Positions 29,780-39,981 of a stretch of DNA of 64,000 nt are shown here, in pieces (position 1 is the stretch's first letter; every line of letters starts with the position of its first letter). Source of the stretch: Ideonella sp. (GTDB lineage: Bacteria; Pseudomonadota; Gammaproteobacteria; Burkholderiales; Burkholderiaceae_C); the NCBI GenBank assembly GCA_035460745.1, contig DATHWJ010000189.1, positions 989 to 64,988 of the forward strand, read 5' to 3'. A program made the position numbers and the translations under genes. Below the pieces are notes generated by a model. That model did not search any database. It was not told where the DNA came from and saw only the letters and a program-made list of their open reading frames with translations.

Positions 29780-30220
29780 TCAGGCCTGCCAGACCCCGTA
29801 GCCGCTCTCCCGCAGGCCTATCGCCAGCTCGACCTCCATGTCGCGCGCGGCCTCGTAGGGCATGGGGTTGAAGACCTCGTAGAGCGCGGGCAGCAGCCGC
29901 AGCCCGTAGCGGAACACGAAGCGGTTGGCCTGGATGCCGGCCTTGTGCTTGTCGAAGCGCAGGTCCGGGTCCAGGCCGGTCATGCCGACGTAGACGAAAG
30001 GTTTGCCGAGCTGGTAGCCGGGGTTGGCCTTGCGAAAGGCCGGTTCGTTCCAGACCGGGTCGTCCAGCTCGACGACGTAGACGCTGTGGTGGTGCCGCGC
30101 CGCCGTCTCCCCGACGCGCGACGCCTCCCAGCCAAGCGGCGTGCGCGGATCCGGCTCCGCCGGTCCGCTGCGCGAGCCCCCTCGGGGGGCAGGGAGCGCC
30201 AGCGACCGTGGGGGCTTCAT
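29780..30220 (-). CDS. GIY-YIG-like small protein; N-terminal ~30 codons hairpin/repeat-derived
   Basis: SVYVVEL...FVYVGMT...RFDKH...MEVEL pattern resembles the GIY-YIG fold; ATG immediately follows the MFS stop. Confidence 0.7.
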   Translation of the reverse strand: MKPPRSLALPAPRGGSRSGPAEPDPRTPLGWEASRVGETAARHHHSVYVVELDDPVWNEPAFRKANPGYQLGKPFVYVGMTGLDPDLRFDKHKAGIQANRFVFRYGLRLLPALYEVFNPMPYEAARDMEVELAIGLRESGYGVWQA

Positions 30221-31564
30221 CTAGTCACGGATCTCCAGCGCCCGGTTGACGCTCAGCGCCGCCAGCGTGCAGCCGGCCGCGGAGAGCAGGTAGACGCTCA
30301 CGTAGGCCAGCCCGAAGTGGGCCGACAGGCCCAGCGCCACCAGCGGTGCAAAGGCGGCGCCGATCAGCCAGGCCAGGTCGGAGGTGAGCGCGGCGCCGGT
30401 GTAGCGGTACTTGGGCTCGAAGTTGGAGGTCACCGCGCCGGCCGCCTGGCCGTAGGACAGGCCCAGCAGCGCAAAGCCGACCAGGATGAAGACGTCTTCG
30501 CCCAGCGGCCCGCCGCCCAGCAGCGTGGGCGCGAAGCCGCTGAAGACGGCGATCATCGCCGCCAGCGTGCCCAGCGTGCGGCGCCGGCCGACGCGGTCGG
30601 CGATGTAGCCCGAGGCCAGGATGCCCAGCGCCGCCAGGCCCGCGCCGACGATCTGCACGGCCAGGAAGTCGCTGATCGACTGGGTGGAGTACAGCTTGAT
30701 CCACGACAGCGGGAAGACCGTGATGATGTGGAACAGCGCATAGCTGGCCAGCGCCGCGAAGGCGCCGATGGCCAGCGTCGCACCCTGGTGGCGCACGATC
30801 TCGACCTCGCTGCTGGGCTCCAGCTCGTGGGAGTCGAGCAGGCGCGAGTATTCGTTGGTGGCCACCAGCCGCAGCCGGGCGAACAGCGCCACCACGTTGA
30901 TCGCGAAGGCGCAGTAGAACGGGTAGCGCCAGCCCCAGCTCAGGAAGTCGTCCTGCGGCAGGCTGGCATAGAGGAACCAGAACAGGCCGCAGGCCACCAC
31001 GAAGCCCAGCGGCGCGCCGAGCTGGCCCATCGCGGCATACCAGCCGCGGCGGTTCGGCGGCGCGCTGAGCGCCAGCAGCGAGGGCAGGCCGTCCCAGGAG
31101 CCGCCGAGCGCCAGGCCCTGGCCGACGCGGAAGACCGACAGCAGCACGATGGAGGTGAAGCCCAGGCTGTGGTAGCCCGGCACGAAGGCGATGCCGGCGG
31201 TCGAGATGCCCAGCAGGAACAGCGCGATGGTCAGCTTGGCCTCGCGGCCGAACTTGTGCTGGATGCGCATGAAGAGCACGGTGCCTATCGGCCGCGCGAT
31301 GAAGGCGAACGAAAAGATCACGAAGGCATACAGCGTGCCCTCCAGCCCCTGCTCGAACGGAAAAAAGATGGCCGGGAACACCAGCACCGAGGCGATGCCG
31401 TAGACGAAGAAGTCGAAGTACTCCGAGGCCCGGCCTATCACCACGCCGACCGCGATCTCGCCCGGGGCGATCTTGGAGTGATCGACGCCGTGCTCGCCGG
31501 CATCGCGCCCCAGCGTGTTCTTGGGCGGCGCGGGGGGCTGGTGATCGAGGGTGGACGTGATCAT
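30221..31564 (-). CDS. MFS transporter (MHS/metabolite:H+ symporter-like)
   Basis: EYFDFFVYG, FIARPIG, RVGQGLALGG, WGWRYPF, ADRVGRR. Confidence 0.92.
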   Translation of the reverse strand: MITSTLDHQPPAPPKNTLGRDAGEHGVDHSKIAPGEIAVGVVIGRASEYFDFFVYGIASVLVFPAIFFPFEQGLEGTLYAFVIFSFAFIARPIGTVLFMRIQHKFGREAKLTIALFLLGISTAGIAFVPGYHSLGFTSIVLLSVFRVGQGLALGGSWDGLPSLLALSAPPNRRGWYAAMGQLGAPLGFVVACGLFWFLYASLPQDDFLSWGWRYPFYCAFAINVVALFARLRLVATNEYSRLLDSHELEPSSEVEIVRHQGATLAIGAFAALASYALFHIITVFPLSWIKLYSTQSISDFLAVQIVGAGLAALGILASGYIADRVGRRRTLGTLAAMIAVFSGFAPTLLGGGPLGEDVFILVGFALLGLSYGQAAGAVTSNFEPKYRYTGAALTSDLAWLIGAAFAPLVALGLSAHFGLAYVSVYLLSAAGCTLAALSVNRALEIRD

Positions 31565-31625
31565 GGCGTGGGAACGATCTTGTATGAGACGACGGTCATG
31601 CGGACACCACGAAGGGTCTCACCAC

Positions 31626-31656
31626 GCGGCGATTGCCGCCATAGGACAAAACGTCC
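31626..31656. promoter_or_regulatory. Putative RegA/RegR-type binding sites between the MFS gene and cyoA
   Basis: Palindromes GCGGC-GATT-GCCGC (31626-31639) and GGAC-AAAAC-GTCC (31644-31656) resemble the GCGRC-N-GNCGC RegR box; a RegA-like gene ends this operon. Confidence 0.5.
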
Positions 31657-31727
31657 AATGCCCGGCGCGCGCCATTGCACGTAGATTGTGGGCTCTTTGC
31701 GCTGTAGACGCTTCACTTCCCCACGGC

Positions 31728-32795
31728 ATGCCACCCCTCAAGAACCTTCGCAGACTGCTTCTGCTCCCGGCCGCCCTGCTGGCGGGTTGCAACACGGTGC
31801 TGCTGAACCCTTCCGGCGACGTGGCGGCCCAGCAGGGCCAGCTCATCATCGTCTCCACGGTGCTGATGCTGCTGATCATCGTGCCGGTGATCGCGCTGAC
31901 GATCTACTTCGCCTGGCGCTACCGCGCCTCGAACACCCAGGCCGAGTACGCGCCCGACTGGGACCACTCGACCCAGCTGGAGCTGGTGATCTGGGCCGCG
32001 CCGCTGCTGATCATCATCGCGCTCGGCGCCGTGACCTGGATCAGCACCCACACGCTGGACCCCTACCGCCCGCTGCGTCGCATAGACGCAACACGCACCG
32101 TGCCCGCCGGCACCCAGCCGCTGGTCGTCGAGGTGGTGGCGCTGGATTGGAAATGGCTCTTCCTCTACCCCGAGCAGGGCATTGCGACGGTCAACGAACT
32201 GGCCGCGCCGGTGGACCGGCCTATCAGCTTCAAGATCACCTCGACCTCGGTGATGAACTCCTTCTACATCCCCGCGCTGGCCGGCCAGATCTACGCGATG
32301 CCGGGCATGGAGACCAAGATGCACGCGGTGATCAACGCACCCGGCAACTACGAGGGCTTCTCGGCCAACTACAGCGGCGCCGGCTTCTCGGGCATGCGCT
32401 TCCGCTTCCACGGCCTGAGCGCGGCCGACTTCGAGCAGTGGGTGCAAAAGGCCAAGGCCGAGGGCAAGACGCTCAGCCGCGACGGCTTCCTTCAGCTCGA
32501 GAAGCCCAGCGAGCGCGAGCCGGTGCACCACTACGCCAGCGTCGCCACCGGCCTGTACGACGCCATCCTCAACCGCTGCGTCGACAGCAGCAAGATGTGC
32601 ATGAAACAGATGATGGCGATCGACGCCGCCGGCGGCCTCGCCGTGGCCGAAGCCACGACCAACGTCGCCCGCAAGCGCACCCGTGCCGACGACGAAAACT
32701 CGCCGACCCGCTCCTACGTGACGGCGCTGGTCTGCACCGCCGACGACCCCACCGGCACCGCCCAAGTCTCCAGAGCCGTTGAAGCCAAGCCATGA
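31728..32795 (+). CDS. cyoA: Cytochrome bo3 ubiquinol oxidase subunit II
   Basis: Lipobox [48 protein letters not shown]; no CuA cysteines. Confidence 0.95.
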   Translation: MPPLKNLRRLLLLPAALLAGCNTVLLNPSGDVAAQQGQLIIVSTVLMLLIIVPVIALTIYFAWRYRASNTQAEYAPDWDHSTQLELVIWAAPLLIIIALGAVTWISTHTLDPYRPLRRIDATRTVPAGTQPLVVEVVALDWKWLFLYPEQGIATVNELAAPVDRPISFKITSTSVMNSFYIPALAGQIYAMPGMETKMHAVINAPGNYEGFSANYSGAGFSGMRFRFHGLSAADFEQWVQKAKAEGKTLSRDGFLQLEKPSEREPVHHYASVATGLYDAILNRCVDSSKMCMKQMMAIDAAGGLAVAEATTNVARKRTRADDENSPTRSYVTALVCTADDPTGTAQVSRAVEAKP

Positions 32796-34789
32796 ATCCT
32801 GACACGCAAAGGCTGATCTTCGGCCGCCTCAGCTGGGAGGCCATCCCCTTCCACGAGCCCATCCTGCTGGGCACCTTCATCGCGGTCGCCCTCGGCGGCC
32901 TGGCGCTGCTCGCCGCGATGAGCTACTACCGCGTCTGGGGCACGCTGTGGCGCGACTGGATCACCAGCATCGACCACAAGAAGATCGGCATCATGTACAT
33001 CATCCTCGGGCTGGTGATGCTGCTGCGCGGCTTCTCCGACGCGATCATGATGCGCGCCCAGCAGGCCATCGCCTTCGGCGACCAGGCCGGCTTCCTGCCG
33101 CCGCACCACTACGACCAGATCTTCACGGCGCACGGCGTGATCATGATCTTTTTCGTCGCGATGCCGCTGGTCACCGGGCTGATGAACTTCGTCGTGCCGC
33201 TGCAGATCGGCGCGCGCGACGTCTCGTTTCCCTTCCTGAACAACTTCAGCTTCTGGATGACGGCCTTCGGCGCCGGGCTGACGATGGCCTCGCTGTTCGT
33301 CGGCGAGTTCGCACGCACCGGCTGGCTGGCCTACCCGCCGCTGTCGGGCATCGCCTTCAGCCCCGACGTGGGGGTGGACTACTACATCTGGTCGCTGCAG
33401 ATCGCGGGGGTGGGCACCTTGCTCTCGGGGGTCAACCTGATCGCCACCATCGTCAAGATGCGCGCGCCCGGCATGACGCTGATGAAGATGCCCGTCTTCA
33501 CCTGGACGGCCCTGTGCACCAACATCCTGATCGTCGCCGCCTTCCCGGTGCTGACGGCCGTGCTGGCGCTGCTCTCGCTGGACCGCTACGTCGGCACCAA
33601 CTTCTTCACCAACGACCTTGGCGGCAACGCCATGATGTACGTGAACCTGATCTGGATCTGGGGCCACCCCGAGGTCTACATCCTGGTGCTGCCGGCCTTC
33701 GGCATCTTCTCCGAGGTGGTCGCCACCTTCTGCGGCAAGCGGCTCTTCGGCTACGCCTCGATGGTCTACGCGACGCTGGTGATCACCATCCTGTCCTACC
33801 TGGTGTGGCTGCACCACTTCTTCACGATGGGCTCGGGGGCCAGCGTCAACTCGTTCTTCGGCATCACGACCATGATCATCTCCATCCCCACCGGGGCGAA
33901 GATCTTCAACTGGCTGTTCACGATGTACAAGGGCCGCATCCGCTTCGAGGTGCCGATGATGTGGACCATAGGCTTCATGATCACCTTCGTGATCGGCGGC
34001 ATGACGGGTGTGCTGCTGGCCGTGCCCTCGGCCGACTTCGTGCTGCACAACAGCCTGTTCCTGATCGCCCACTTCCACAACGTGATCATCGGCGGCGTGC
34101 TGTTCGGCCTGCTGGCCGGCATCACCTACTGGTTCCCCAAGGCCTTCGGCTACAAGCTCGACCCGTTCTGGGGCAAGTGCTCGTTCTGGTTCTGGGTCGT
34201 CGGCTTCTACTTCGCCTTCATGCCGCTCTACGTGCTCGGGCTGATGGGCGTGACGCGCCGCATGAGCCACTTCGAGGACCCGTCGCTGCAGTTCTGGTTC
34301 CAGGTGGCCGCCTTCGGCGCCCTGCTGATCGCGCTGGGCATCGCCTGCTTCATCATCCAGCTGGTGGTGAGCTACATCCGCCGCGACTCGCTGCGCGACA
34401 CCACCGGCGACCCGTGGAACGGCCGCACGCTGGAGTGGTCGACCTCGTCGCCGCCGCCTTCGTACAACTTCGCCTTCACGCCGGTGGTGCACGACAACGA
34501 CGCCTGGCACGACATGAAGTCCCACCAGTACGTGCGGCCCGAGAGCGGCTTCATCCCCATCCACATGCCCAAGAACACCGGTGCGGGCTTCGTGATCGCC
34601 GCGCTCAGCGCGGCCTGCGGCTTCGGGATGATCTGGCACATGTGGCTGCTGGCCGGCCTGGGCTTCGCCGCGATGATGGTCGCCATCGTCGTGCACACCT
34701 TCAACTACAAGCGCGATTTCCACATCCCGGCGGACGAAGTCGTCCGCGTCGAGGGCGATCGCACACGCCTGCTGGCCGGCCATGTCTGA
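32792..34789 (+). CDS. cyoB: Cytochrome bo3 ubiquinol oxidase subunit I
   Basis: [37 protein letters not shown] heme-copper motifs. Confidence 0.97.
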   Translation: MNPDTQRLIFGRLSWEAIPFHEPILLGTFIAVALGGLALLAAMSYYRVWGTLWRDWITSIDHKKIGIMYIILGLVMLLRGFSDAIMMRAQQAIAFGDQAGFLPPHHYDQIFTAHGVIMIFFVAMPLVTGLMNFVVPLQIGARDVSFPFLNNFSFWMTAFGAGLTMASLFVGEFARTGWLAYPPLSGIAFSPDVGVDYYIWSLQIAGVGTLLSGVNLIATIVKMRAPGMTLMKMPVFTWTALCTNILIVAAFPVLTAVLALLSLDRYVGTNFFTNDLGGNAMMYVNLIWIWGHPEVYILVLPAFGIFSEVVATFCGKRLFGYASMVYATLVITILSYLVWLHHFFTMGSGASVNSFFGITTMIISIPTGAKIFNWLFTMYKGRIRFEVPMMWTIGFMITFVIGGMTGVLLAVPSADFVLHNSLFLIAHFHNVIIGGVLFGLLAGITYWFPKAFGYKLDPFWGKCSFWFWVVGFYFAFMPLYVLGLMGVTRRMSHFEDPSLQFWFQVAAFGALLIALGIACFIIQLVVSYIRRDSLRDTTGDPWNGRTLEWSTSSPPPSYNFAFTPVVHDNDAWHDMKSHQYVRPESGFIPIHMPKNTGAGFVIAALSAACGFGMIWHMWLLAGLGFAAMMVAIVVHTFNYKRDFHIPADEVVRVEGDRTRLLAGHV

Positions 34790-35423
34790 CCTCACCGCTC
34801 CCTCCTTGCCCGGCACGCTGGCTGCCGCGCACCGCCCGCGCTTCTACTTGACGCGCGAGCACCACCCCGAGAACGGCACGCTGCTGGGCTTCTGGCTCTA
34901 TTTGATGAGCGACTGCCTGGTGTTCGCCTGCCTGTTCGCCACCTACGGCGTGCTGGGCCGCAGCTATGCGGCGGGGCCGTCGGGCGCCGAGCTGTTCGAC
35001 CTGCCGCTGGTGGCGGCCAACACCTCGCTGCTGCTGCTGTCGTCCATCACCTACGGCTTCGCGATGCTGGAGATGCAGCGCAAGCGCATGGGTGCGGTGC
35101 TGGCCTGGCTGGCGGTCACCGGCCTGCTGGGCGCGGGCTTCCTGAGCCTGGAGCTCTACGAGTTCGCCCACCTGATACACGAAGGGGCGGGGCCGCAGCG
35201 CAGCGCCTTCCTGTCGTCGTTCTTCACGCTGGTGGGCACCCACGGCCTGCACGTCACCTTCGGCATCGTCTGGCTGATCGTGCTGATGGTGCAGCTCGGC
35301 AAGCACGGCTTCATCCCCGAGAACCGCCGCCGCATGATGTGCCTGTCGATGTTCTGGCACTTCCTGGACGTGGTCTGGATCGGCGTCTTCACTTTTGTGT
35401 ACCTGATGGGGGTGCTGCCATGA
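34782..35423 (+). CDS. cyoC: Cytochrome bo3 ubiquinol oxidase subunit III
   Basis: [28 protein letters not shown]. Confidence 0.96.
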   Translation: MSDLTAPSLPGTLAAAHRPRFYLTREHHPENGTLLGFWLYLMSDCLVFACLFATYGVLGRSYAAGPSGAELFDLPLVAANTSLLLLSSITYGFAMLEMQRKRMGAVLAWLAVTGLLGAGFLSLELYEFAHLIHEGAGPQRSAFLSSFFTLVGTHGLHVTFGIVWLIVLMVQLGKHGFIPENRRRMMCLSMFWHFLDVVWIGVFTFVYLMGVLP

Positions 35424-35818
35424 GCGGCCATGACCACCACGACGATCGGCATGGCGACCACCACGGTCACGACCACGACGACGGCGCCAGCCACAGCACC
35501 TTCAAGGGCTACATGACGGGCTTCGTGCTGTCGGTCATCCTGACGGCGATCCCCTTCTGGCTGGTGATGGGCAACGTCTTCGCCAAGCCCAGCACCACGG
35601 CCTTCGTGATCCTTGGCTTCGCGGCGGTGCAGATCGTGGTGCACATGATCTACTTCCTGCACATGAACTCGAAGTCGGAAGGCGGCTGGTCGATGCTGGC
35701 GCTGATCTTCACCGTCGTGATCGTGGTGATCACGCTGAGCGGTTCCCTGTGGGTGATGTACCACCTCAACCACAACATGATGCCGTCGTCCCCCCACGAA
35801 ATGCGCACGATGCCTTGA
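35420..35818 (+). CDS. cyoD: Cytochrome bo3 ubiquinol oxidase subunit IV (His/Asp-rich N-terminus)
   Basis: [31 protein letters not shown]; ATGA overlap with cyoC. Confidence 0.95.
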   Translation: MSGHDHHDDRHGDHHGHDHDDGASHSTFKGYMTGFVLSVILTAIPFWLVMGNVFAKPSTTAFVILGFAAVQIVVHMIYFLHMNSKSEGGWSMLALIFTVVIVVITLSGSLWVMYHLNHNMMPSSPHEMRTMP

Positions 35819-36627
35819 GCGCGGCGACACGCAGCGCCACCACCCGCCGGATCGTGCTGGCGGCCGGTGCCGCGCTGCTGTTCGCCGGCTTCGCCGCGCT
35901 CGGCACCTGGCAGGTGCAGCGCCGCAGCTGGAAGCTGGCGCTGATCGAGCGGGTGGAGCAGCGGGTGCGCGCCCCGGTGGCGGCCGCACCCGGCCCGGCG
36001 CTGTGGCCGGCGGTGAACGCCGCGGACCACGAGTACCGCCATGTCGGCGTCAGCGGCCGCTTCGTCGAGGGGCCGCCGGTGCTGGTGCAGGCCGTCACCG
36101 AGCTGGGCGGCGGCTTCTGGGTGCTCAGCCCGCTGCGGCAGGCGGATGGCAGCGTGGTGCTGGTCAACCGGGGTTTCGTGCCGCCCGGGTGGCGCGAGCC
36201 GGCCGCAGGGGTGCCCGCCGGCCCGGTCACGGTCACCGGGCTGCTGCGCCTGAGCGAGCCGGGCGGCGGCTTTCTGCGCCGCAACGACCCGGCCGGCGAG
36301 CGCTGGTACTCGCGCGACGTGGCCGCCATCGCGGCGTCGCGCGGGCTGGCGGGCACGGCCCCTTACTTCATCGATGCCGATGCCACGCCGGGGGCCCCGA
36401 CCGACGGCAGCCGCCCCATCGGCGGCCTGACGGTGGTGCGCTTCCAGAACAACCACCTCGTCTATGCGGTCACCTGGTATACGCTCGCGCTGATGGTGGC
36501 CGGGGCGGCGCTGTGGCTGGCGCGCGAAGAGCGCGGCCGGCACGGCCCGCGGCAGCCGCCGCCGCAGCGACCGTTGCCCGCCCCGGGCCGCGTCGAGCCA
36601 GGAGACCAAGGTGACGCGCAGGACTGA
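35815..36627 (+). CDS. SURF1 family heme-copper oxidase assembly protein
   Basis: LGTWQVQRRSWK, VLVNRGFVP, NNHLVYAVTWY; start inferred at a TTG overlapping the cyoD stop. Confidence 0.9.
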   Translation: MSAATRSATTRRIVLAAGAALLFAGFAALGTWQVQRRSWKLALIERVEQRVRAPVAAAPGPALWPAVNAADHEYRHVGVSGRFVEGPPVLVQAVTELGGGFWVLSPLRQADGSVVLVNRGFVPPGWREPAAGVPAGPVTVTGLLRLSEPGGGFLRRNDPAGERWYSRDVAAIAASRGLAGTAPYFIDADATPGAPTDGSRPIGGLTVVRFQNNHLVYAVTWYTLALMVAGAALWLAREERGRHGPRQPPPQRPLPAPGRVEPGDQGDAQD

Positions 36628-37951
36628 GACCCCCGCCCGGCCGCTGCCGCGCGCGGCCACGATGAGCTTCGGCGACGCCACCGGCCGCAAGAACATGCAG
36701 CAGCTGATCCAGCTGCGCTGGATCGCCGTGGTCGGGCAGCTGGCGACCATCGCGGTGGTGCATTTCGGCTTCGGCATCCACCTGCCGCTGCGCCAGATGC
36801 TGCTGGCGCTGGCCTGCCTGGTGGCCTTCAACGTGGCCAGCCTGCTGCACTGGCGCACCCACCGCGAGGTCAGCAACGCCGAGGTCTTCGTCGCGCTGCT
36901 GGTGGACGTGGCCATCCTCACCGTGCAGCTCTACCTGAGCGGCGGCACTACCAACCCCTTCGTCTTCCTCTACCTGTTCCAGGTCATCCTCGGCGCCGTG
37001 CTCCTGAAGGCCTGGTCGACCTGGACCCTGGTGGCCGTCACCGCGCTGTGCATCGCCGGCCTGGCGCTGCTCTCGCGGCCGCTGGCGCTGCCGCTGGACC
37101 ACGACCGCGGCCTGTCCAGCCCCTATGTGCAGGGCACGCTGATCTGCTTCGCCCTCAACGCCGCGCTGCTGGTCATCTTCATCAAGCGCATAGGCCGCAA
37201 CCTGCGGGCGCGCGACACGCGCCTGGCCGACCTGCGCCAGCGCGCCGCGGAGGAGGAGCACATCGTGCGCATGGGCCTGCTGGCCTCGGGCGCCGCGCAC
37301 GAGCTGGGCACGCCGCTGTCCACGCTGGCCGTGATCCTGGGCGACTGGCGCCACATGCCCCCGTTCACCGGCAACCCGGAGCTGCTGCAGGAGATCGCCG
37401 AGATGCAGGCGCAGGTGCAGCGCTGCAAGCGCATCGTCAGCGGCATCCTGCTGTCGGCCGGCGAGGCGCGCGGCGAGTCGTCCGAGGAGACCACCGTCAG
37501 CACCTTCCTGGACGAGCTGGTGGACGAATGGCGCCGCTCGCGGCCCGCCGTCTCGCTGGGCTACGAGAACCGCTTCGGCACCGACCTGCGGATGGTCTCC
37601 GACTCGGCCGTCAAGCAGATGATCTGCAACGTGCTGGACAACGCGCTGGAGGCCTCGCCGCGCTGGCTGCAGCTCGAAGCGGCCCGCGAGGCCGATGACC
37701 TCAAGCTCACGGTCAGCGACACCGGCCCCGGCTTCGCCCCGGCGATGCTGGCCGAGTTCGGCAAGCCCTACCGGTCGAGCAAGGGGCGGCCGGGCGGCGG
37801 GCTGGGGCTGTTCCTGGTCGTCAACGTGGCCCGCACGCTGGGCGGCAGCGTCGCGGCGCGCAACCGCCCCGAGGGCGGCGCCGTGGTCGAGATCACGCTG
37901 CCGCTGGCCGCCATCGTGCTGGAGGAAGAGGAGCCCGCCGATGCCGGATGA
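36611..37951 (+). CDS. RegB/PrrB-like sensor histidine kinase
   Basis: LRWIAVVGQ, SGGTTNPF quinone-site motif, AAHELGTPL H-box, redox Cys (QRCKRI), DTGPGF, GLGLFL. Confidence 0.9.
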   Translation: MTRRTETPARPLPRAATMSFGDATGRKNMQQLIQLRWIAVVGQLATIAVVHFGFGIHLPLRQMLLALACLVAFNVASLLHWRTHREVSNAEVFVALLVDVAILTVQLYLSGGTTNPFVFLYLFQVILGAVLLKAWSTWTLVAVTALCIAGLALLSRPLALPLDHDRGLSSPYVQGTLICFALNAALLVIFIKRIGRNLRARDTRLADLRQRAAEEEHIVRMGLLASGAAHELGTPLSTLAVILGDWRHMPPFTGNPELLQEIAEMQAQVQRCKRIVSGILLSAGEARGESSEETTVSTFLDELVDEWRRSRPAVSLGYENRFGTDLRMVSDSAVKQMICNVLDNALEASPRWLQLEAAREADDLKLTVSDTGPGFAPAMLAEFGKPYRSSKGRPGGGLGLFLVVNVARTLGGSVAARNRPEGGAVVEITLPLAAIVLEEEEPADAG

Positions 37952-38480
37952 CGAACGCCTGCTGTTGATCGTCGAGGACGACGCGGCCTTCGCCCGCACG
38001 CTGGGCCGCTCGTTCGAGCGGCGCGGTTACGCGGTGCTGCACTCGGCCAGCCTGGACGAGGTGGCAACGCTGCTGCAGGCGCATTCGCCCGGCTACGCGG
38101 TGGTCGACCTGAAGCTGAACGGCGACGCCTCGGGCCTGGCCTGCGTGCAGCGGCTGCACGCCCACGACCCCGACATGCTGATCGTGGTGCTGACCGGCTT
38201 CGCCAGCATCGCCACCGCCGTCGAGGCCATCAAGCTCGGCGCCTGCCACTACCTCGCCAAGCCCTCCAACACCGACGACATCGAGGCCGCCTTCGGCCGC
38301 GCCGAGGGCGATGCCGAGGTCGGCGTGACCAACCGCGCCACCTCGATCAAGACGCTGGAGTGGGAGCGCATCCACGAAACCCTGGCCGACACCGACTTCA
38401 ACATCTCCGAGACCGCCCGCCGCCTGGGCATGCACCGCCGCACGCTGGCACGCAAGCTGGGCAAGCAGCGCGTCAAGTAG
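37941..38480 (+). CDS. RegA/PrrA-like response regulator
   Basis: Receiver domain (VEDD, VVDLK, LTGFASIATAVEAIKLGA) and NISETARRLGMHRRTL HTH. Confidence 0.92.
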   Translation: MPDDERLLLIVEDDAAFARTLGRSFERRGYAVLHSASLDEVATLLQAHSPGYAVVDLKLNGDASGLACVQRLHAHDPDMLIVVLTGFASIATAVEAIKLGACHYLAKPSNTDDIEAAFGRAEGDAEVGVTNRATSIKTLEWERIHETLADTDFNISETARRLGMHRRTLARKLGKQRVK

Positions 38481-39791
38481 CCGCGGGCGGGGGGCGGCCC
38501 GGCGAGCGACGCCGCCCTCGCGGGGCTGGCGCCGGCGCGGCAGCCGGCCCGCTGCCCGACCGCCAGGCGGTGTGCGCGGCGAAGGCGGCGCTGGTCAGCT
38601 CGATGTCTGCGTTGGCGATGGCTGCTCGCCGAGCGACCTCGCGCCACGGGTCGATGGCGGCGGCGACTTCTTCGAGCACTTCGGCGGCACGTTTCGCATC
38701 GAGTGCATAGAAGTCCGCCGTCGCCGCGACGGCCGCGAGATCGGGCCGGTTGTCGGCGTCGTCGATGTTGAGCACGTGATCGCCCTTGTCGATGTTCGGG
38801 TTCACGTCGAAGGCCGGCGCCAGCCGCCCGCGTGAAGCACGAAGCCATGGTTGCGCAGGTGATCGTCGCGGTTGCCCACCGCGACGTTGAACGCCACGCG
38901 CCGGAAGAGCTGCTCGAGGTCGGCCTTCACCTGTCCCGGGTCGCCGCCCTGGCGCAGGAACTGCGCCAGTTCGAGGTAGCTCGTGCCCTCGCTGTGCTCC
39001 TTGCGGAGCAAGGTCATCGCCGACGCATAGAAGCGGCGCCGGCCCTCATGGCGGTCGAAGCGGCGCACGCAAAAGGTGTGGAACGGGCTGTTCAGCCTGG
39101 CGATGCGGGCCTCGGGCATGTCGATCAGCGCCCGCCTGGCCAGCGAGTGCAGCACATGCTCCCAGGCGCCGACGTCGCGGTCGTCGTCGCGCGCCGGGAA
39201 CTTGGCCATCCACAAGCTGCCGTCCAACTCGGTGAAGTTGGCCTTGGGCCGGGCGCCGCCCAATGAGGCGCCCGGGGCCACCAGCACTGCCAGCCAGCGG
39301 CGCAATGCGTCGAGGTCCTGGATGTTCTTGCCCGTGAGTTCGAGCGCCACGGCTTCGAGCTCTCGCAAACTCGTCACCGGCGGCGCCGCCATCTTCTCGG
39401 CGCCGAGGAATTGCTCGCCGCCTTCGAGGCGGAAGCGCAGCGCACCCTGGCGCGTGGCATCCTGAACGCCGATCAGGAAGTCCCATGCATAGAGCGTGCG
39501 GGGCGGGCGGGCTTCGTCCTTGGCGAGCAGCGCCTCGCGCCGCTTCATCAGCGTCTGTCCCCAGCGGTCGGGCGACGAGTCCAGGAACACGCCGAAGTTG
39601 CCGAGCTCCGCCTTGGGGAAAAAGGGCTGCCGGCCCAGAGACAGGTCAGGGTCGAGCGCAAACGCGGCGGCGCCCTTGAGCCAGCCGCTGTCGTAGTGGA
39701 AGCGCACCTGCCCCCGGTCGTGAGCCAGCGTGCCGACCCGGCACATCGGCGCGATGTCGCTGTCCAGCCAGACCTCCAGCGATGCGCTCAC
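38473..39791 (-). pseudogene. hipA: HipA-family kinase toxin, frameshifted near 38820 (split into 329 aa and 110 aa ORFs)
   Basis: HipA motifs DSSPDRWG, SLGGARPKA, VRRFDR, GNRDDHLRNHGF; the expected continuation RLAPAFDVNP lies in another frame. Confidence 0.85.
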
Positions 39792-39981
39792 CGGCGCGCC
39801 TCGGCGGCTGGAGGCGTTCGCGACGGGCTCACGGGTGCACCTTCGTGCTGCGCACTCAGGGATTCGCCCAGGGACTCGGAGAGGCCCCTTCGTGGCCCAT
39901 GGCGCCCCTGCGGGCTCACTGGACTACCCTCCGCGCTGCGCGCTCCGGGATGAGCGCTTGGGAGCGGCCCGGCGCGCTCAT
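39788..39981 (-). repeat. Two-unit repeat insertion encoding a chain of coupled mini-ORFs (21 aa and 43 aa)
   Basis: Related units ATCCCGGAGCGCGCAGCGCGGAGGGTAGTCCAGTGAGCCCG and ATCCCTGAGTGCGCAGCACGAAGGTGCACCCGTGAGCCCG; NTGA overlaps at every junction. Confidence 0.7.

Noticed and set aside
38473-38805. 110-aa ORF as an independent third TA gene
   Set aside because: It is the continuation of HipA (AFDVNP...) in a shifted frame, so it is treated as a frameshift fragment.
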